The notes beneath the pieces are model-generated. The model was not told the DNA's origin, searched no databases, and saw nothing but the letters and a program-made list of their open reading frames with translations. Below are positions 30,600-40,706 of a stretch of DNA of 64,000 nt, piece after piece. The first letter of the stretch is position 1. Every line of letters begins with the position of its first letter. This DNA is from an uncultured Lachnospiraceae bacterium. GTDB lineage: Bacteria; Bacillota; Clostridia; Lachnospirales; Lachnospiraceae. Both the position numbers and the translations under genes were made by a program. The stretch is from positions 15,831 to 79,830 of the forward strand of contig ONHB01000015.1 in the NCBI GenBank assembly GCA_900317505.1, given 5' to 3'.

Positions 30600-30738
30600 A
30601 ATTTTTTCTTAAAAATAAATGAACCATATCGACATAGATTGCTAAATATAATATAATGAATATATCTGAATGTTCGTGATTCTGATACAGACAGATCTAT
30701 AAAAATATAAGATGCCGCAAGCGGCAGAGGAGGATTCA

Positions 30739-31440
30739 ATGGGAGTTATTTCAAGATTCAAAGACATCATGGCTGCAAATTTCAATGCTTTATTAGACAA
30801 GGCTGAGGATCCGGCCAAGATGATCGATCAGTATCTGAGAGATTTAAATGATGATCTTGCCAAGGTTAAACAGGAGACAGCAGGGGTTATCGCTGATGAA
30901 AAGGCTGCAAAGAGAAAACTGGATGAGTGCGATTCCGAGATGGAAAAGATGGATCGTTATGCCAGAAAAGCAGTTGCAGCAGGCAACGATGGCGACGCAC
31001 GTCAGTTCTTAAATAAAAAATCACAGTTAGCTCAGGAGCGTACTGCTTTGGAGGCTAATTACAATATGTGTCTTGAAAATTCATACAAGATGCGTGAGAT
31101 GACCAAAAAGCTTGAGTCTGATATCACAGAGCTTAAGGGCAAACAGCAGACCTTAAAGGCTAAGCTTGCTGTTGCTGAGACCAAGAAACGTATGAATGAG
31201 GTTGGTTCTTCCGCTAAGGGTGCAGGTTCCAGACTGGATGCCTTCAAGAAGATGGAAGAAAAGGTTGACCGTATGCTGGATGAAGCAGATGCCATGGAAG
31301 AGCTCAATGCAGGTTCACAGGCTTCTGATATCAATGCATTAAAGGCTTCTTATGAAGATATGGATGCAAGCTCTGATGTTGAGGATGAGTTGGCAGCATT
31401 AAAGGCAGAGATGGGATTGTCTGCCGGTGGTCAGGCATAA
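30739..31440 (+). CDS. pspA: PspA/IM30 family protein (phage-shock protein A homologue)
   Basis: The N-terminus MGVISRFKDIMAANFNALLDKAEDPAKMIDQYLRDL is canonical PspA. The whole length is coiled-coil. The ATG at 30739 has a GAGGAGG ribosome-binding site. Confidence 0.85.
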   Translation: MGVISRFKDIMAANFNALLDKAEDPAKMIDQYLRDLNDDLAKVKQETAGVIADEKAAKRKLDECDSEMEKMDRYARKAVAAGNDGDARQFLNKKSQLAQERTALEANYNMCLENSYKMREMTKKLESDITELKGKQQTLKAKLAVAETKKRMNEVGSSAKGAGSRLDAFKKMEEKVDRMLDEADAMEELNAGSQASDINALKASYEDMDASSDVEDELAALKAEMGLSAGGQA

Positions 31441-31516
31441 TCTTTCCGCAGACTTTATTTTGCAGATATATAATGAAGCTTTTAGTTTATTTTATATGGA
31501 AAAGGGAGAATAAAAT

Positions 31517-32485
31517 ATGGGATTATTTTCAAACCAGTTATCAAATGTAGTTGAATGGGACGAAACCAAAGAAGGCGTGATCTTCTGGAAGTGGCCCAAC
31601 GATGAAATTAAAAAAGGATCCAAGCTTGTGATCCGTCCCGGTCAGGATGCCATTTTTATGTATATGGGCAAGATCGAGGGTGTATTTACGGATGACGGTA
31701 CATATGATATTGAAACGCAGATCATTCCGTTTTTATCAAGCTTAAAGGGCTTCAAATTCGGATTTAATTCCGGTATGAGAGCCGAAGTTGTATTTATCAA
31801 TACCAAAGAATTACTTTGCAAATGGGGTACCAAAAATGCCATCAACCTTCCGGCACCGGGACTTCCCGGAGGTATGCCGGTACGTGCATTCGGTACTTTC
31901 AACTGCCGTGTTGTAGATTATGGCGTTATGCTTGAAAAGCTTTCAGGCACCATGCAGACTTACTGTGTAGAGGATGTCCGCACACGTATTACTTCCTTCC
32001 TGGATCAGCTTCTGATGAGCTGGATTTCTAAAGAAGGCAAGGATATGTTCAATCTGCAGGCCAATGCACGTGAGATTTCCAAAGGTATCGAAGAAGATCT
32101 CGATATGGAGATGAGAAAGATCGGTGTCGGCATTACCGGCTTTACGATCGAAAGCTTCAATTATCCGGAAGAAATCAAAAAGATGCAGGAAAAAGCTGCT
32201 GCACAGTCTATGGTCGGCGATATGGGCAAATACAGCCAGATCGCCATGGCAGATTCCATGGGTAAAGGTGGAAATACCGGTGCCGGTGCTGCCTCACAGA
32301 TGATGGGTATGCAGATGGGCATGATGATGGGACAGCAGATGATGAACAATATGGGAAATATGGCCAATATGCAGTCTCAGCAGCCGGTTGGCAATGGTGG
32401 AGCTGCTCCGAAGTTCTGCCCCAACTGTGGAACACCGACAAATGGTGCTAAATTCTGCAGTAACTGTGGTCAGAAGCTGATCTAA
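31517..32485 (+). CDS. SPFH/band-7-like (YdjI-type) protein with a Met/Gly/Gln-rich linker and a C-terminal zinc ribbon
   Basis: It resembles the B. subtilis ydjI product that follows pspA. The C-terminus CPNCGTPTNGAKFCSNCGQ is a zinc-ribbon motif. It is preceded by a low-complexity tract (MMGMQMGMMMGQQMMNNMGNMANMQ). Confidence 0.7.
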   Translation: MGLFSNQLSNVVEWDETKEGVIFWKWPNDEIKKGSKLVIRPGQDAIFMYMGKIEGVFTDDGTYDIETQIIPFLSSLKGFKFGFNSGMRAEVVFINTKELLCKWGTKNAINLPAPGLPGGMPVRAFGTFNCRVVDYGVMLEKLSGTMQTYCVEDVRTRITSFLDQLLMSWISKEGKDMFNLQANAREISKGIEEDLDMEMRKIGVGITGFTIESFNYPEEIKKMQEKAAAQSMVGDMGKYSQIAMADSMGKGGNTGAGAASQMMGMQMGMMMGQQMMNNMGNMANMQSQQPVGNGGAAPKFCPNCGTPTNGAKFCSNCGQKLI

Positions 32486-32569
32486 TCAAGGATTAAATGA
32501 TTGTTTTATGGACCGGATAATAAACTGTCCGGTCCATTTTGTTATGGTAACGAGGAGAATAGATTTATT

Positions 32570-35089
32570 ATGAATCGTTTGGAAGGATTAAATGATAAAC
32601 AAAAAGAGGCCGTTCTGGCAACGGATGGTCCGGTATTGATCTTGGCAGGCGCAGGAAGTGGCAAGACCAGGGTGCTGACACACAGGATTGCTTATCTGAT
32701 CGAGCAATGTGGAGTAAATCCATGGAATATCATGGCGATCACATTTACCAATAAGGCAGCAGGTGAGATGAAGGAAAGAGTGCAGGATCTGGTCGGATTT
32801 GGCTCTGACACTATCTGGGTATCGACCTTCCATTCAAGCTGTGTGCGCATATTGAGAAGATATGCAGATCGGTTAGGCTATGATAACTCTTTTACAATTT
32901 ATGATACGGATGATTCCAAATCAGTCATGAAGGATATCTGCAAAAAGCTGCAGATCGATACTAAACAGTTGAAGGAGCGGACGATCTTAGGGGCCATTTC
33001 CTCAGCCAAAAATGAAGGCATTTTGCCGGATGATTATCGTATGGCAGCCATGGGTGATTACAACAAGACCAAGATTGCCAATGCCTATATCGAGTATCAG
33101 AATACCCTTTTAAAAAATAATGCAATGGATTTTGATGATCTGCTTGTCAATGCGGTGGAGCTTTTTAAGAGCAATCCGGATGTTTTGCAAAACTATCAGG
33201 AAAAATTTTTGTATATCATGGTAGACGAGTATCAGGATACCAACTCTATTCAGTTTGAGTTTATCAGACTGCTTGCCGGAAGTCGTCGCAACCTGTGTGT
33301 GGTTGGTGATGATGACCAGTCCATTTACAAGTTCCGTGGAGCCAACATCCGCAATATTCTGGATTTTGAGACGATTTATCCGGAAGCAAAGGTTGTTAAG
33401 CTGGAGCAGAATTATCGTTCGACACAGACAGTGTTAGACGCTGCTAACGCGGTTATCAGTAATAATGTCAATCGAAAGGCCAAAGCTCTCTGGACGGATA
33501 AGGGAATGGGAAACCGGATCCATTTCAGACAGTTTGATACGGCGGTTGAAGAGGCTGAGTATATTGCCTATGACATTGCCGGAAAGAAAAATCAGGGCGT
33601 GGCCGATTACAAAGATTGTGCAGTCTTGTACCGTACCAATGCGCAGGCCCGTGTATTGGAGGAACAGTTCGTCCATGCAGGCGTGCCTTATGATATCGTA
33701 GGTGGTGTAAACTTTTATGGCAGAAAAGAGATCAAGGATCTTTTAGCTTACTTAAAGACGATTGATAATGGAAATGATGATCTGGCGGTAAAGAGGATCA
33801 TCAATATTCCCAGAAGAGGAATTGGTGCAACCACGATCGTAAAGGTGCAGCAATATGCCGATGACAGAGGTATTGGTTTTTATGAGGCATTGGAAGAGTC
33901 CGGTCAGATCATGACGATTGGAAAGAGTGCTTCCAAGCTGGATTCTTTTGTAACCATGATTCAGGCCTTCCGTGCAAAAGCCAGAATTATGTCATTGAGT
34001 GATCTGGTAAGAGATATCATTGGGGTCACCGGTTATGTGGAACAGATCGAGGCCAATTCAGATGAAGATGCACAGGCGCGCATTGACAATATTGATGAAT
34101 TAATTTCCAAGGTTGTCTCTTTTGAGGAGGAGCATGAAAATGCAACTTTAACGGAATTTTTAGCAGAGGTTGCGCTGGTTGCGGATATAGATAATGTAGA
34201 TGAAAATCGCAACAAGGTCTTGCTTATGACCCTGCACAGTGCAAAGGGACTGGAATTTCCGCATGTGTACCTTGCCGGAATGGAGGATGGACTGTTTCCG
34301 AGCTATATGAGTATCATGGAGGGTTCGGAAGAGGAGATCGCAGAGGAGCGGAGACTTGCGTATGTGGGTATTACCAGAGCCAAGGATGATCTGACGGTGA
34401 CGGCTGCCAAGACACGAATGATCCGCGGAGAGACCCAGTACAATCCGGTATCACGGTTTTTACAGGAAATTCCGCAGGAGCTCATGGATAACCGGATTCC
34501 GAAAAAGAAATCCTTCCAGATGAATGAATATGTGGATGATACGTTTGCTTCTGCGAAGAAGTCCTTTGCAAAGAAGCCGTACCAGAGCGTGTTTGGCGGC
34601 AGTTCGCCACAGGAGGTTTATGCAAAGCCAAGACCGGTATTGTCGGATGATGTGTTTGATAAGCCAAAGCCGGTATCGAGCGGGAATGTGTTTGGACAGG
34701 CGGAACCGAAGCCGGTGTCGAGTGATAATGTGTTTGGACAGGCAGAGCCGAAGCCGGTATCAAGCGATAATGTATTTGGACAGACCGTGTCAAAACCGGT
34801 ATCGGGTGGCTATAAGCCGGTTGTAAAGCCCAAGGCTGTTTTGAAGAAGAAGGAGACAAAGGCTGAGGTGAAGCCTTTTATTGCAAAAGGAATCACAAAA
34901 GGTGTGGCATCTGTTCCCGGAACCAAGCCGGATTATGATATCGGAGACCGTGTAAAGCATATCAAGTTTGGCGAGGGTGTTGTTAAAGCCATGGAAAAAG
35001 GTCCAAGGGATTATCAGGTAACGGTTGAATTTGATACCTATGGACAGAAGATCTTGTTTGCCGCATTTGCCAAGCTGCAGAAGGTGTGA
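32570..35089 (+). CDS. pcrA: ATP-dependent DNA helicase PcrA (UvrD family) with an expanded repetitive linker ahead of the C-terminal Tudor-like domain
   Basis: Walker A AGAGSGKTRVLTHRIAYL, motifs II-VI (DEYQDTN, the TLHSAKGLEF region, and an RNAP-binding CTD GDRVKHIKFGEGVV...VTVEFDTYGQK). The ATG at 32570 has a GAGGAG ribosome-binding site. Confidence 0.9.
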   Translation: MNRLEGLNDKQKEAVLATDGPVLILAGAGSGKTRVLTHRIAYLIEQCGVNPWNIMAITFTNKAAGEMKERVQDLVGFGSDTIWVSTFHSSCVRILRRYADRLGYDNSFTIYDTDDSKSVMKDICKKLQIDTKQLKERTILGAISSAKNEGILPDDYRMAAMGDYNKTKIANAYIEYQNTLLKNNAMDFDDLLVNAVELFKSNPDVLQNYQEKFLYIMVDEYQDTNSIQFEFIRLLAGSRRNLCVVGDDDQSIYKFRGANIRNILDFETIYPEAKVVKLEQNYRSTQTVLDAANAVISNNVNRKAKALWTDKGMGNRIHFRQFDTAVEEAEYIAYDIAGKKNQGVADYKDCAVLYRTNAQARVLEEQFVHAGVPYDIVGGVNFYGRKEIKDLLAYLKTIDNGNDDLAVKRIINIPRRGIGATTIVKVQQYADDRGIGFYEALEESGQIMTIGKSASKLDSFVTMIQAFRAKARIMSLSDLVRDIIGVTGYVEQIEANSDEDAQARIDNIDELISKVVSFEEEHENATLTEFLAEVALVADIDNVDENRNKVLLMTLHSAKGLEFPHVYLAGMEDGLFPSYMSIMEGSEEEIAEERRLAYVGITRAKDDLTVTAAKTRMIRGETQYNPVSRFLQEIPQELMDNRIPKKKSFQMNEYVDDTFASAKKSFAKKPYQSVFGGSSPQEVYAKPRPVLSDDVFDKPKPVSSGNVFGQAEPKPVSSDNVFGQAEPKPVSSDNVFGQTVSKPVSGGYKPVVKPKAVLKKKETKAEVKPFIAKGITKGVASVPGTKPDYDIGDRVKHIKFGEGVVKAMEKGPRDYQVTVEFDTYGQKILFAAFAKLQKV

Positions 35090-35265
35090 TTTTTGTACGA
35101 TGGATACTTTATTAATCCACGAATATTTCATATTTGTTGATTTACTGTAAGAATTGTTGATTTGGAACCGCTAATTTACAAAAAACAATAGTAAAAAAAT
35201 GAAAAAGGTGGTAAACTATCTAACAAGAGTAGGCATTAAAAAGTATGTGAAGAAAGGGACTTGAT

Positions 35266-35559
35266 ATGATGAATAGAGCAAAAATTGAAGAAATTGCAGC
35301 AGCAGTTGGTGATTTATTAAAAAAACAGGAAGAAGTTAAAGAAGAGAAAAAGAGTAAAGCGGTTCTCTGGGTATTTGCAATTATCGGAGCTATTGCAGCA
35401 GCAGTAGCCATTGCATATGCTATATATTGCTATTTTACACCGGATTATTTGGAAGATTTCGAAGATGATTTTGATGATGACTTCGATGAAGATTATTTCG
35501 ACGATGATGATGAAGTTGAAGTAGCAAAAGCAAAAGATGAATCTGCAGATGCAGAATAA
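35266..35559 (+). CDS. small membrane protein with a poly-acidic C-terminus
   Basis: One TM helix (AVLWVFAIIGAIAAAVAIAYAIYCYF) and a DFDDDFDEDYFDDDDE tail. A terminator follows. Confidence 0.5.
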   Translation: MMNRAKIEEIAAAVGDLLKKQEEVKEEKKSKAVLWVFAIIGAIAAAVAIAYAIYCYFTPDYLEDFEDDFDDDFDEDYFDDDDEVEVAKAKDESADAE

Positions 35560-35576
35560 TAAAAAGTTGCAAGTCA

Positions 35577-35610
35577 GAGGCTGTTGCGTTATGCAACAGC
35601 CTTATTTTGG
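35577..35610 (+). terminator. rho-independent terminator
   Basis: The hairpin gaggctgttgcgttatgcaacagcctt is followed by attttgg. Confidence 0.5.
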
Positions 35611-35640
35611 TTAATCATGTGAAGAGTGAGAGGAAAGAAA

Positions 35641-37341
35641 ATGAAAAAAGGACAGAGCTACGAAGGCTATGTGGAAAGCGTTGCATTTCCGGCAAAAGGA
35701 ATTGTTACAGTGGAAGGTGAAGAGAATAAAGCTGTTGTAAAAAATGTACTTCCCGGTCAGAAAATACAATTCCGTGTTACCAAAAAGCGGAAGGGAAAAG
35801 CTGAGGGCATGCTGGAAACGGTACTTGAAAAACCTGCAGACGAAGTAGAGGCAAGATGTCCTCATTTTGGAACCTGTGGAGGATGCAATTATCAAAATCT
35901 TCCTTATGATAAACAACTTGATTTGAAGGCCGGTCAGGTCAGAAGCTTACTGGATGCAGTTTACATAAATAGAAACGAAGAAATAGGCTATACCTTTGAA
36001 GGTATCAAGGAAAGTCCCAGACAATACGGATATCGCAATAAAATGGAGTTTTCTTTTGGCGATGAATATAAAGAAGGGCCGCTTTCTTTAGGTTTACATA
36101 AAAGAGGAAGCTTTTATGATATTGTTCCTGTGACAGGCTGCATGATCGTGGATGACGATTACCGGCTGATTTTACAGACAGTTTTAAACTTCTTTGGAAG
36201 CCGGAATGTATCATATTTTCATCGGGTGAGACAAAATGGATATCTGCGTCATTTACTGGTAAGAAAGGCAGTCAAGACCGGACAGATCCTGTTGGCACTT
36301 GTTACCAGCAGCGATGTTGCAAATCTTCCATGTGAAGAAAAGGCCTTGTTGGCTGATTTTACAAAGGAACTTCTGGCATTGCAGACGGAGGGCAGGCTCG
36401 AAGGCAGCTTTGCCGGAATTATTCATACGGTCAACGATGCGATCGCTGATGTAGTAAAGGCGGATCGCAATGAAATTTTGTATGGGCAGGATTATTTTTA
36501 TGAAGAACTGATGGGGCTTCGGTTTAAGATTTCCCAGTTTTCATTTTTCCAGACCAACTCCCTGGGAGCAGAAGTGCTGTACGATACTGCCAGAAATTAT
36601 ATTCTGGATGGCAAAAACGGACTGGCCGATCAGGTGGTATTTGATCTTTACAGCGGAACCGGTACGATTGCGCAGATGATGGCACCTGTGTGCAAAAAAG
36701 TGATTGGTGTTGAGATTGTAGAAGAGGCTGTTGAGGCGGCCAAGAAAAACGCAGAATTAAATGGTTTACATAATTGCGAATTTATTGCAGGCGATGTTTT
36801 GAAGGTGATCGATTCGATTTCGGAAAAACCGGATTTTATCATTCTGGATCCACCCCGTGATGGCATTCATCCCAAGGCTTTGCAGAAGATTTTGGATTAT
36901 GATGTAGATAATATTGTGTATATTTCCTGCAAGCCTACCAGTCTGGCAAGGGATCTGGATGCTTTTTTAGATCGTGGGTATCAGATGAGGAAGGTGTGTT
37001 GTGTGGACATGTTTCCGGCGACGGCGAATGTAGAGACGGTATGTTTATTGTCCAAACTTCATGAGGCGAAGCATCATGTCAATGTTAAGTTAGATATGGA
37101 TGAAATTGATCTAACAAGTGCCGAAGCCAAGGCTACATACAAGGAAATTGAGGAATGGGTGCAGGAACACTACGGATTTCATGTTACAAACCTGAACATC
37201 GCTCAAGTAAAGCAAAAGCATGGAATCATAGAACGTGAAAACTATAATAAGCCAAAATCTGAGGGTAGCAGACAGCCGGGATGCCCGGAGGAAAAAGTGA
37301 AGGCTATTGAGGCTGCCATGAGACATTTTCAGATGATTTAG
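35641..37341 (+). CDS. 23S rRNA (uracil-C5)-methyltransferase, RumA/RlmD family (TRAM plus 4Fe-4S plus SAM methyltransferase) with a ~95-aa C-terminal extension
   Basis: A TRAM domain at the N-terminus, a Cys cluster CPHFGTCGGCNYQ, a SAM fold (DLYSGTGTI) and a catalytic region (ILDPPRDG, VYISCKP). The family normally ends near MFPATANVETVCLL, but this protein continues for about 95 more residues. Confidence 0.85.
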   Translation: MKKGQSYEGYVESVAFPAKGIVTVEGEENKAVVKNVLPGQKIQFRVTKKRKGKAEGMLETVLEKPADEVEARCPHFGTCGGCNYQNLPYDKQLDLKAGQVRSLLDAVYINRNEEIGYTFEGIKESPRQYGYRNKMEFSFGDEYKEGPLSLGLHKRGSFYDIVPVTGCMIVDDDYRLILQTVLNFFGSRNVSYFHRVRQNGYLRHLLVRKAVKTGQILLALVTSSDVANLPCEEKALLADFTKELLALQTEGRLEGSFAGIIHTVNDAIADVVKADRNEILYGQDYFYEELMGLRFKISQFSFFQTNSLGAEVLYDTARNYILDGKNGLADQVVFDLYSGTGTIAQMMAPVCKKVIGVEIVEEAVEAAKKNAELNGLHNCEFIAGDVLKVIDSISEKPDFIILDPPRDGIHPKALQKILDYDVDNIVYISCKPTSLARDLDAFLDRGYQMRKVCCVDMFPATANVETVCLLSKLHEAKHHVNVKLDMDEIDLTSAEAKATYKEIEEWVQEHYGFHVTNLNIAQVKQKHGIIERENYNKPKSEGSRQPGCPEEKVKAIEAAMRHFQMI

Positions 37342-37459
37342 TAAAAGATAAGATATTAATTTGATGAAAGAGATACCGGTCAAAGAAAGCACAAAATGTC
37401 GGGATTTATTTTCATGGAATGATATACTTGCATTACAGTGAGCGAAGGGAGTGAAAAAG

Positions 37460-38299
37460 ATGCAAGGAAAGATTGAGGGAATTCAGGAATCAATCGATTT
37501 CATTGAAAAGAATCTGACGAGGGAATTGGATATTGAAGATATTGCAAGTATTGCTGCTCTTTCACCATCCTATTATCAGCGCATATTTGGCGCTTTGTGC
37601 GGAATGACTGTCGGTGAATATATTCGTGCACGAAGGATGTCTTTAGCTGCGCAGGATCTTAGTAGAGAAGATGTGAAAGTAATCGATATAGCTAACAGAT
37701 ATTGTTATGATTCACCGGATAGTTTTGCAAAGACGTTCCAAAAATTTCATGGAATTACTCCATCTCAGGCACGGGAAACGGGGGCATCTCTAAAATCTTT
37801 TGCTCCACTCCATATCAAGATTACGATGGAAGGTGGAACTATGTTAGATTATCGAATTGTTGAGAAGAGCTCTTTTACTATTTTTGGCATTAAGAGACGT
37901 TTCAATTCTGATACAAGTTATCAGGATATACCAAAGTTCTGGGATGAATATAAAGAAATGGGAGCGAATCGTCCAGTTAAAGGAACATTTGGAATTTGCG
38001 TTGATGTTGGTGGAAAAGATTCAGACTATTGGATTGCTGATTTATATGAACCTGGGAATGACATTCCTGAAGGATGTGAAGCTTATCAGATTCCTGAAAG
38101 TATTTGGGCGCAATTTGTTTGCAATGGACAATCAACGGACGATTTGCAGAATCTTAATACAAGAATTTGGTCTGAATGGTTACCATCTTTAAAAGGATAT
38201 GAGCTGGCAGGGAAATATAATATTGAAGTATATGGTTCATCTACTGATAACGCCAAAGATAAGGAAACCTATATCTGGATTCCGTTAAGAAAAATTTAA
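37460..38299 (+). CDS. AraC-family regulator with a GyrI-like effector-binding domain
   Basis: N-terminal HTH_AraC (SPSYYQRIFGALCGMTVGEYIRARRM) and a C-terminal GyrI-like half. The ATG has a GAAGGGA ribosome-binding site. Confidence 0.8.
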   Translation: MQGKIEGIQESIDFIEKNLTRELDIEDIASIAALSPSYYQRIFGALCGMTVGEYIRARRMSLAAQDLSREDVKVIDIANRYCYDSPDSFAKTFQKFHGITPSQARETGASLKSFAPLHIKITMEGGTMLDYRIVEKSSFTIFGIKRRFNSDTSYQDIPKFWDEYKEMGANRPVKGTFGICVDVGGKDSDYWIADLYEPGNDIPEGCEAYQIPESIWAQFVCNGQSTDDLQNLNTRIWSEWLPSLKGYELAGKYNIEVYGSSTDNAKDKETYIWIPLRKI

Positions 38300-38319
38300 G
38301 AGAAAGGGGAATTAGTAGA

Positions 38320-39000
38320 ATGGACAGACCAATCACAACATTATTTATGCTGATGTCAGTTGATGGCAAAATTAGCACTGGGGCATCAGATGAACTGGAT
38401 GTAGACCGGGATTTTCCTGGAATTGATGGACTAAAAGAAGGGCTTCATCAATACTATGAGATAGAACAGACAACTGATTTATGGTCGCTAAACACAGGAA
38501 GGGTTCAAGCAAAGCTTGGTGTTAATCATAAACCAATGCCATCAAAAACTCCAGTATCCTTTGTTCTTATTGATAACTCACATTTGACAGAACATGGAAT
38601 AAAGTATTTTTGTGAGCTATCTAAGCAATTCGTTTTGATAACCACTAATAAGAATCATCCAGCATTTAAGGTTGAGGCTGAAAATCTGGGAATTATTTTT
38701 CAAGAGGAATTCATACTTGAAAAGGCTCTTGAAGAATTGAAGAATCAATATGGCTGTGAAAGAATTACTATTCAAAGTGGTGGAACCATGAATGGCATTT
38801 TTTTACGAAATAAGTTGTTTGATTATGTTGATATCGTTGTTGCACCAGTTCTTGTGGGAGGAAAGGATACCTCAACATTGATTGATGGGGAATCAATAAC
38901 GTCAGTTGATGAGTTAAATAAGCTCGGTGTTATGAAACTTATAGATTGTGAAAAACTGGAAGACTCATATATAAGGCTAAAATACAAAATAACTAGATGA
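38320..39000 (+). CDS. dihydrofolate reductase-like / RibD C-terminal domain family protein
   Basis: MDRPITTLFMLMSVDGKISTG is the typical RibD_C/YwjB start. Confidence 0.7.
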   Translation: MDRPITTLFMLMSVDGKISTGASDELDVDRDFPGIDGLKEGLHQYYEIEQTTDLWSLNTGRVQAKLGVNHKPMPSKTPVSFVLIDNSHLTEHGIKYFCELSKQFVLITTNKNHPAFKVEAENLGIIFQEEFILEKALEELKNQYGCERITIQSGGTMNGIFLRNKLFDYVDIVVAPVLVGGKDTSTLIDGESITSVDELNKLGVMKLIDCEKLEDSYIRLKYKITR

Positions 39001-39007
39001 TGGAGGC

Positions 39008-39598
39008 ATGATGGATAGTATTATTGAAAGGCGAAGCATTAGAAAATATAAGGCACAGGAAATATCTAAAGAACAGATAACAAAAATCATTGAAGCTGCA
39101 ATCAAAGCACCTTCGGCAAAGAATAGGCAGCCATGGAAATATCTTATATACTCTGATAAAGCAAAAAAGCAACTTTTGGATGTAATGGAGCATGGACTTG
39201 ATGAAGAATCCGAAGCACATGCATTACTTCCCAAGTCGGCTGGAGGACTTGCAGATGCGTATAACACGTTGAGAATTATGCGAGAAGCACCAGTTTTGAT
39301 AATTGTTATAAATTCAAACGGTAAATCTCCATTCGAAGATATAGAACCAGATGAGAGGATAACAGAAATATGTGACACGTTGTCATTAGGAGCATCTATT
39401 GAAAACATGTTATTGAAAGCAACAGAGATTGGACTTGGAACGTTATGGATTGCAAATACATGTTTTGCCTATAATGATTTAATTGAATACATAGGCGAAG
39501 AAGGACAGTTAGTAGGAGCGGTTTCTGTTGGTTATCCTGATGAAACGCCAAGTGAAAGACCAAGACATGATATTTCAGAGGTTATTGTATGGCAATAA
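39008..39598 (+). CDS. nitroreductase family protein
   Basis: The nitroreductase N-terminal signature RRSIRKY...PSAKNRQPW. Confidence 0.85.
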   Translation: MMDSIIERRSIRKYKAQEISKEQITKIIEAAIKAPSAKNRQPWKYLIYSDKAKKQLLDVMEHGLDEESEAHALLPKSAGGLADAYNTLRIMREAPVLIIVINSNGKSPFEDIEPDERITEICDTLSLGASIENMLLKATEIGLGTLWIANTCFAYNDLIEYIGEEGQLVGAVSVGYPDETPSERPRHDISEVIVWQ

Positions 39599-39679
39599 AA
39601 TTCTGATTATAGAGTTTCTACACATGTCTTTCCATTACTTTTTATAATAATACAATCCTAGATAATCTCTTGGATTGTA

Positions 39680-40492
39680 TTATTTTTTCTTTTTACCACG
39701 TCCATTTCCTTTTACAGGTTTACAAAGATATGAGTAACGCTGCAGAATATCGGTGAAGGTTTTAAACTCATAGGGATCCATCTTGGTAAAGTTTATTTTG
39801 AAAAGTTTGCTGTACATTATCATCTGAGCTTGCGTTGCATTATCGGCAGTCTTTAGCTCTTCAAATGAGTCGAGTATATCGTCAACAGGAGTAGTTACAT
39901 CACCGGTCTCTGAATCTTTAACATGTGAATCTCTTAAATCTTTTGCGATTTTTACGATATCATTTCCAAGAAGGTTGTTAAAGTAATTATCTTCTGAAAT
40001 AGAAGCTGTCTCTAAAGTTTTCATGTAGTGATCTTCATCAGAGACACCCTTGGTTTGGAGACGGACTCTTGTCTGCTCAATCAGTTTGTTGATGTTCCTA
40101 AATTGCATTCCGGCAAGATTATCAACATAGATTTCCATGTCTGTGAGAAAATTGGTGAACTCAGGATGCTTTATCATTTCGCAAATTAGGCGAGCATTCA
40201 GCTTGCCGCTTTTTAATATCTCTACAGTTTCATCATCTAATCCTAAGTCATCAACTGGGAATCTGTGTTGCTCGCGGTTCTCGGTTAGTCCTAACAAATA
40301 ATCAGATGTTACTCCATAATAATTTGCAAGGGTGACAATAGCCTTGTGTGTAATTTCTTTGTAATCATCAGTTTCATAATTTCCCAGAGATGCTCTGGAG
40401 ATTCCGGTCTGTTCTGCCAGTTCTTGCAGTGACAGACCTTTTTCTATTCGTAAGTCTTTTAACTTTTCCTGGATTGATAACTTGCACTTCAA
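39680..40492 (-). CDS. XRE-family HTH protein with a long C-terminal domain
   Basis: N-terminal HTH_3 (LKDLRIEKGLSLQELAEQTGISRASLGNYE). The remaining ~200 aa match nothing I know. It is divergently oriented from the island genes. Confidence 0.7.
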   Translation of the reverse strand: MKCKLSIQEKLKDLRIEKGLSLQELAEQTGISRASLGNYETDDYKEITHKAIVTLANYYGVTSDYLLGLTENREQHRFPVDDLGLDDETVEILKSGKLNARLICEMIKHPEFTNFLTDMEIYVDNLAGMQFRNINKLIEQTRVRLQTKGVSDEDHYMKTLETASISEDNYFNNLLGNDIVKIAKDLRDSHVKDSETGDVTTPVDDILDSFEELKTADNATQAQMIMYSKLFKINFTKMDPYEFKTFTDILQRYSYLCKPVKGNGRGKKKK

Positions 40493-40706
40493 TGTTCTAT
40501 TTCCCCCAATACGCTTCTTATTTTCCTTTCATATGTCAATCATAACAGAAAGTACATTTGCTATAAAAGGTGAATTCCATAATCGTAGAAATTTTTGTAT
40601 TAAGAATATTTTTCCTACCTCTTGGATATACGGAGTTTGGTTTCTAAATCTTGGATAATTAGCTCATGAACAAAGACTACAAATCACGAGAGGAGGTGAA
40701 AAGCAA

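Noticed and set aside
34620-34800. Tandem direct repeats that could be mistaken for a CRISPR array or minisatellite.
   Set aside because: The repeats are contiguous with no unique spacers. They are in frame within pcrA and encode a repeated peptide, so this is coding-repeat expansion, not CRISPR.
37857-38192. 111-aa + strand ORF nested in the AraC/GyrI gene in another frame.
   Set aside because: It overlaps a confidently assigned CDS in a different frame and has no motif support.
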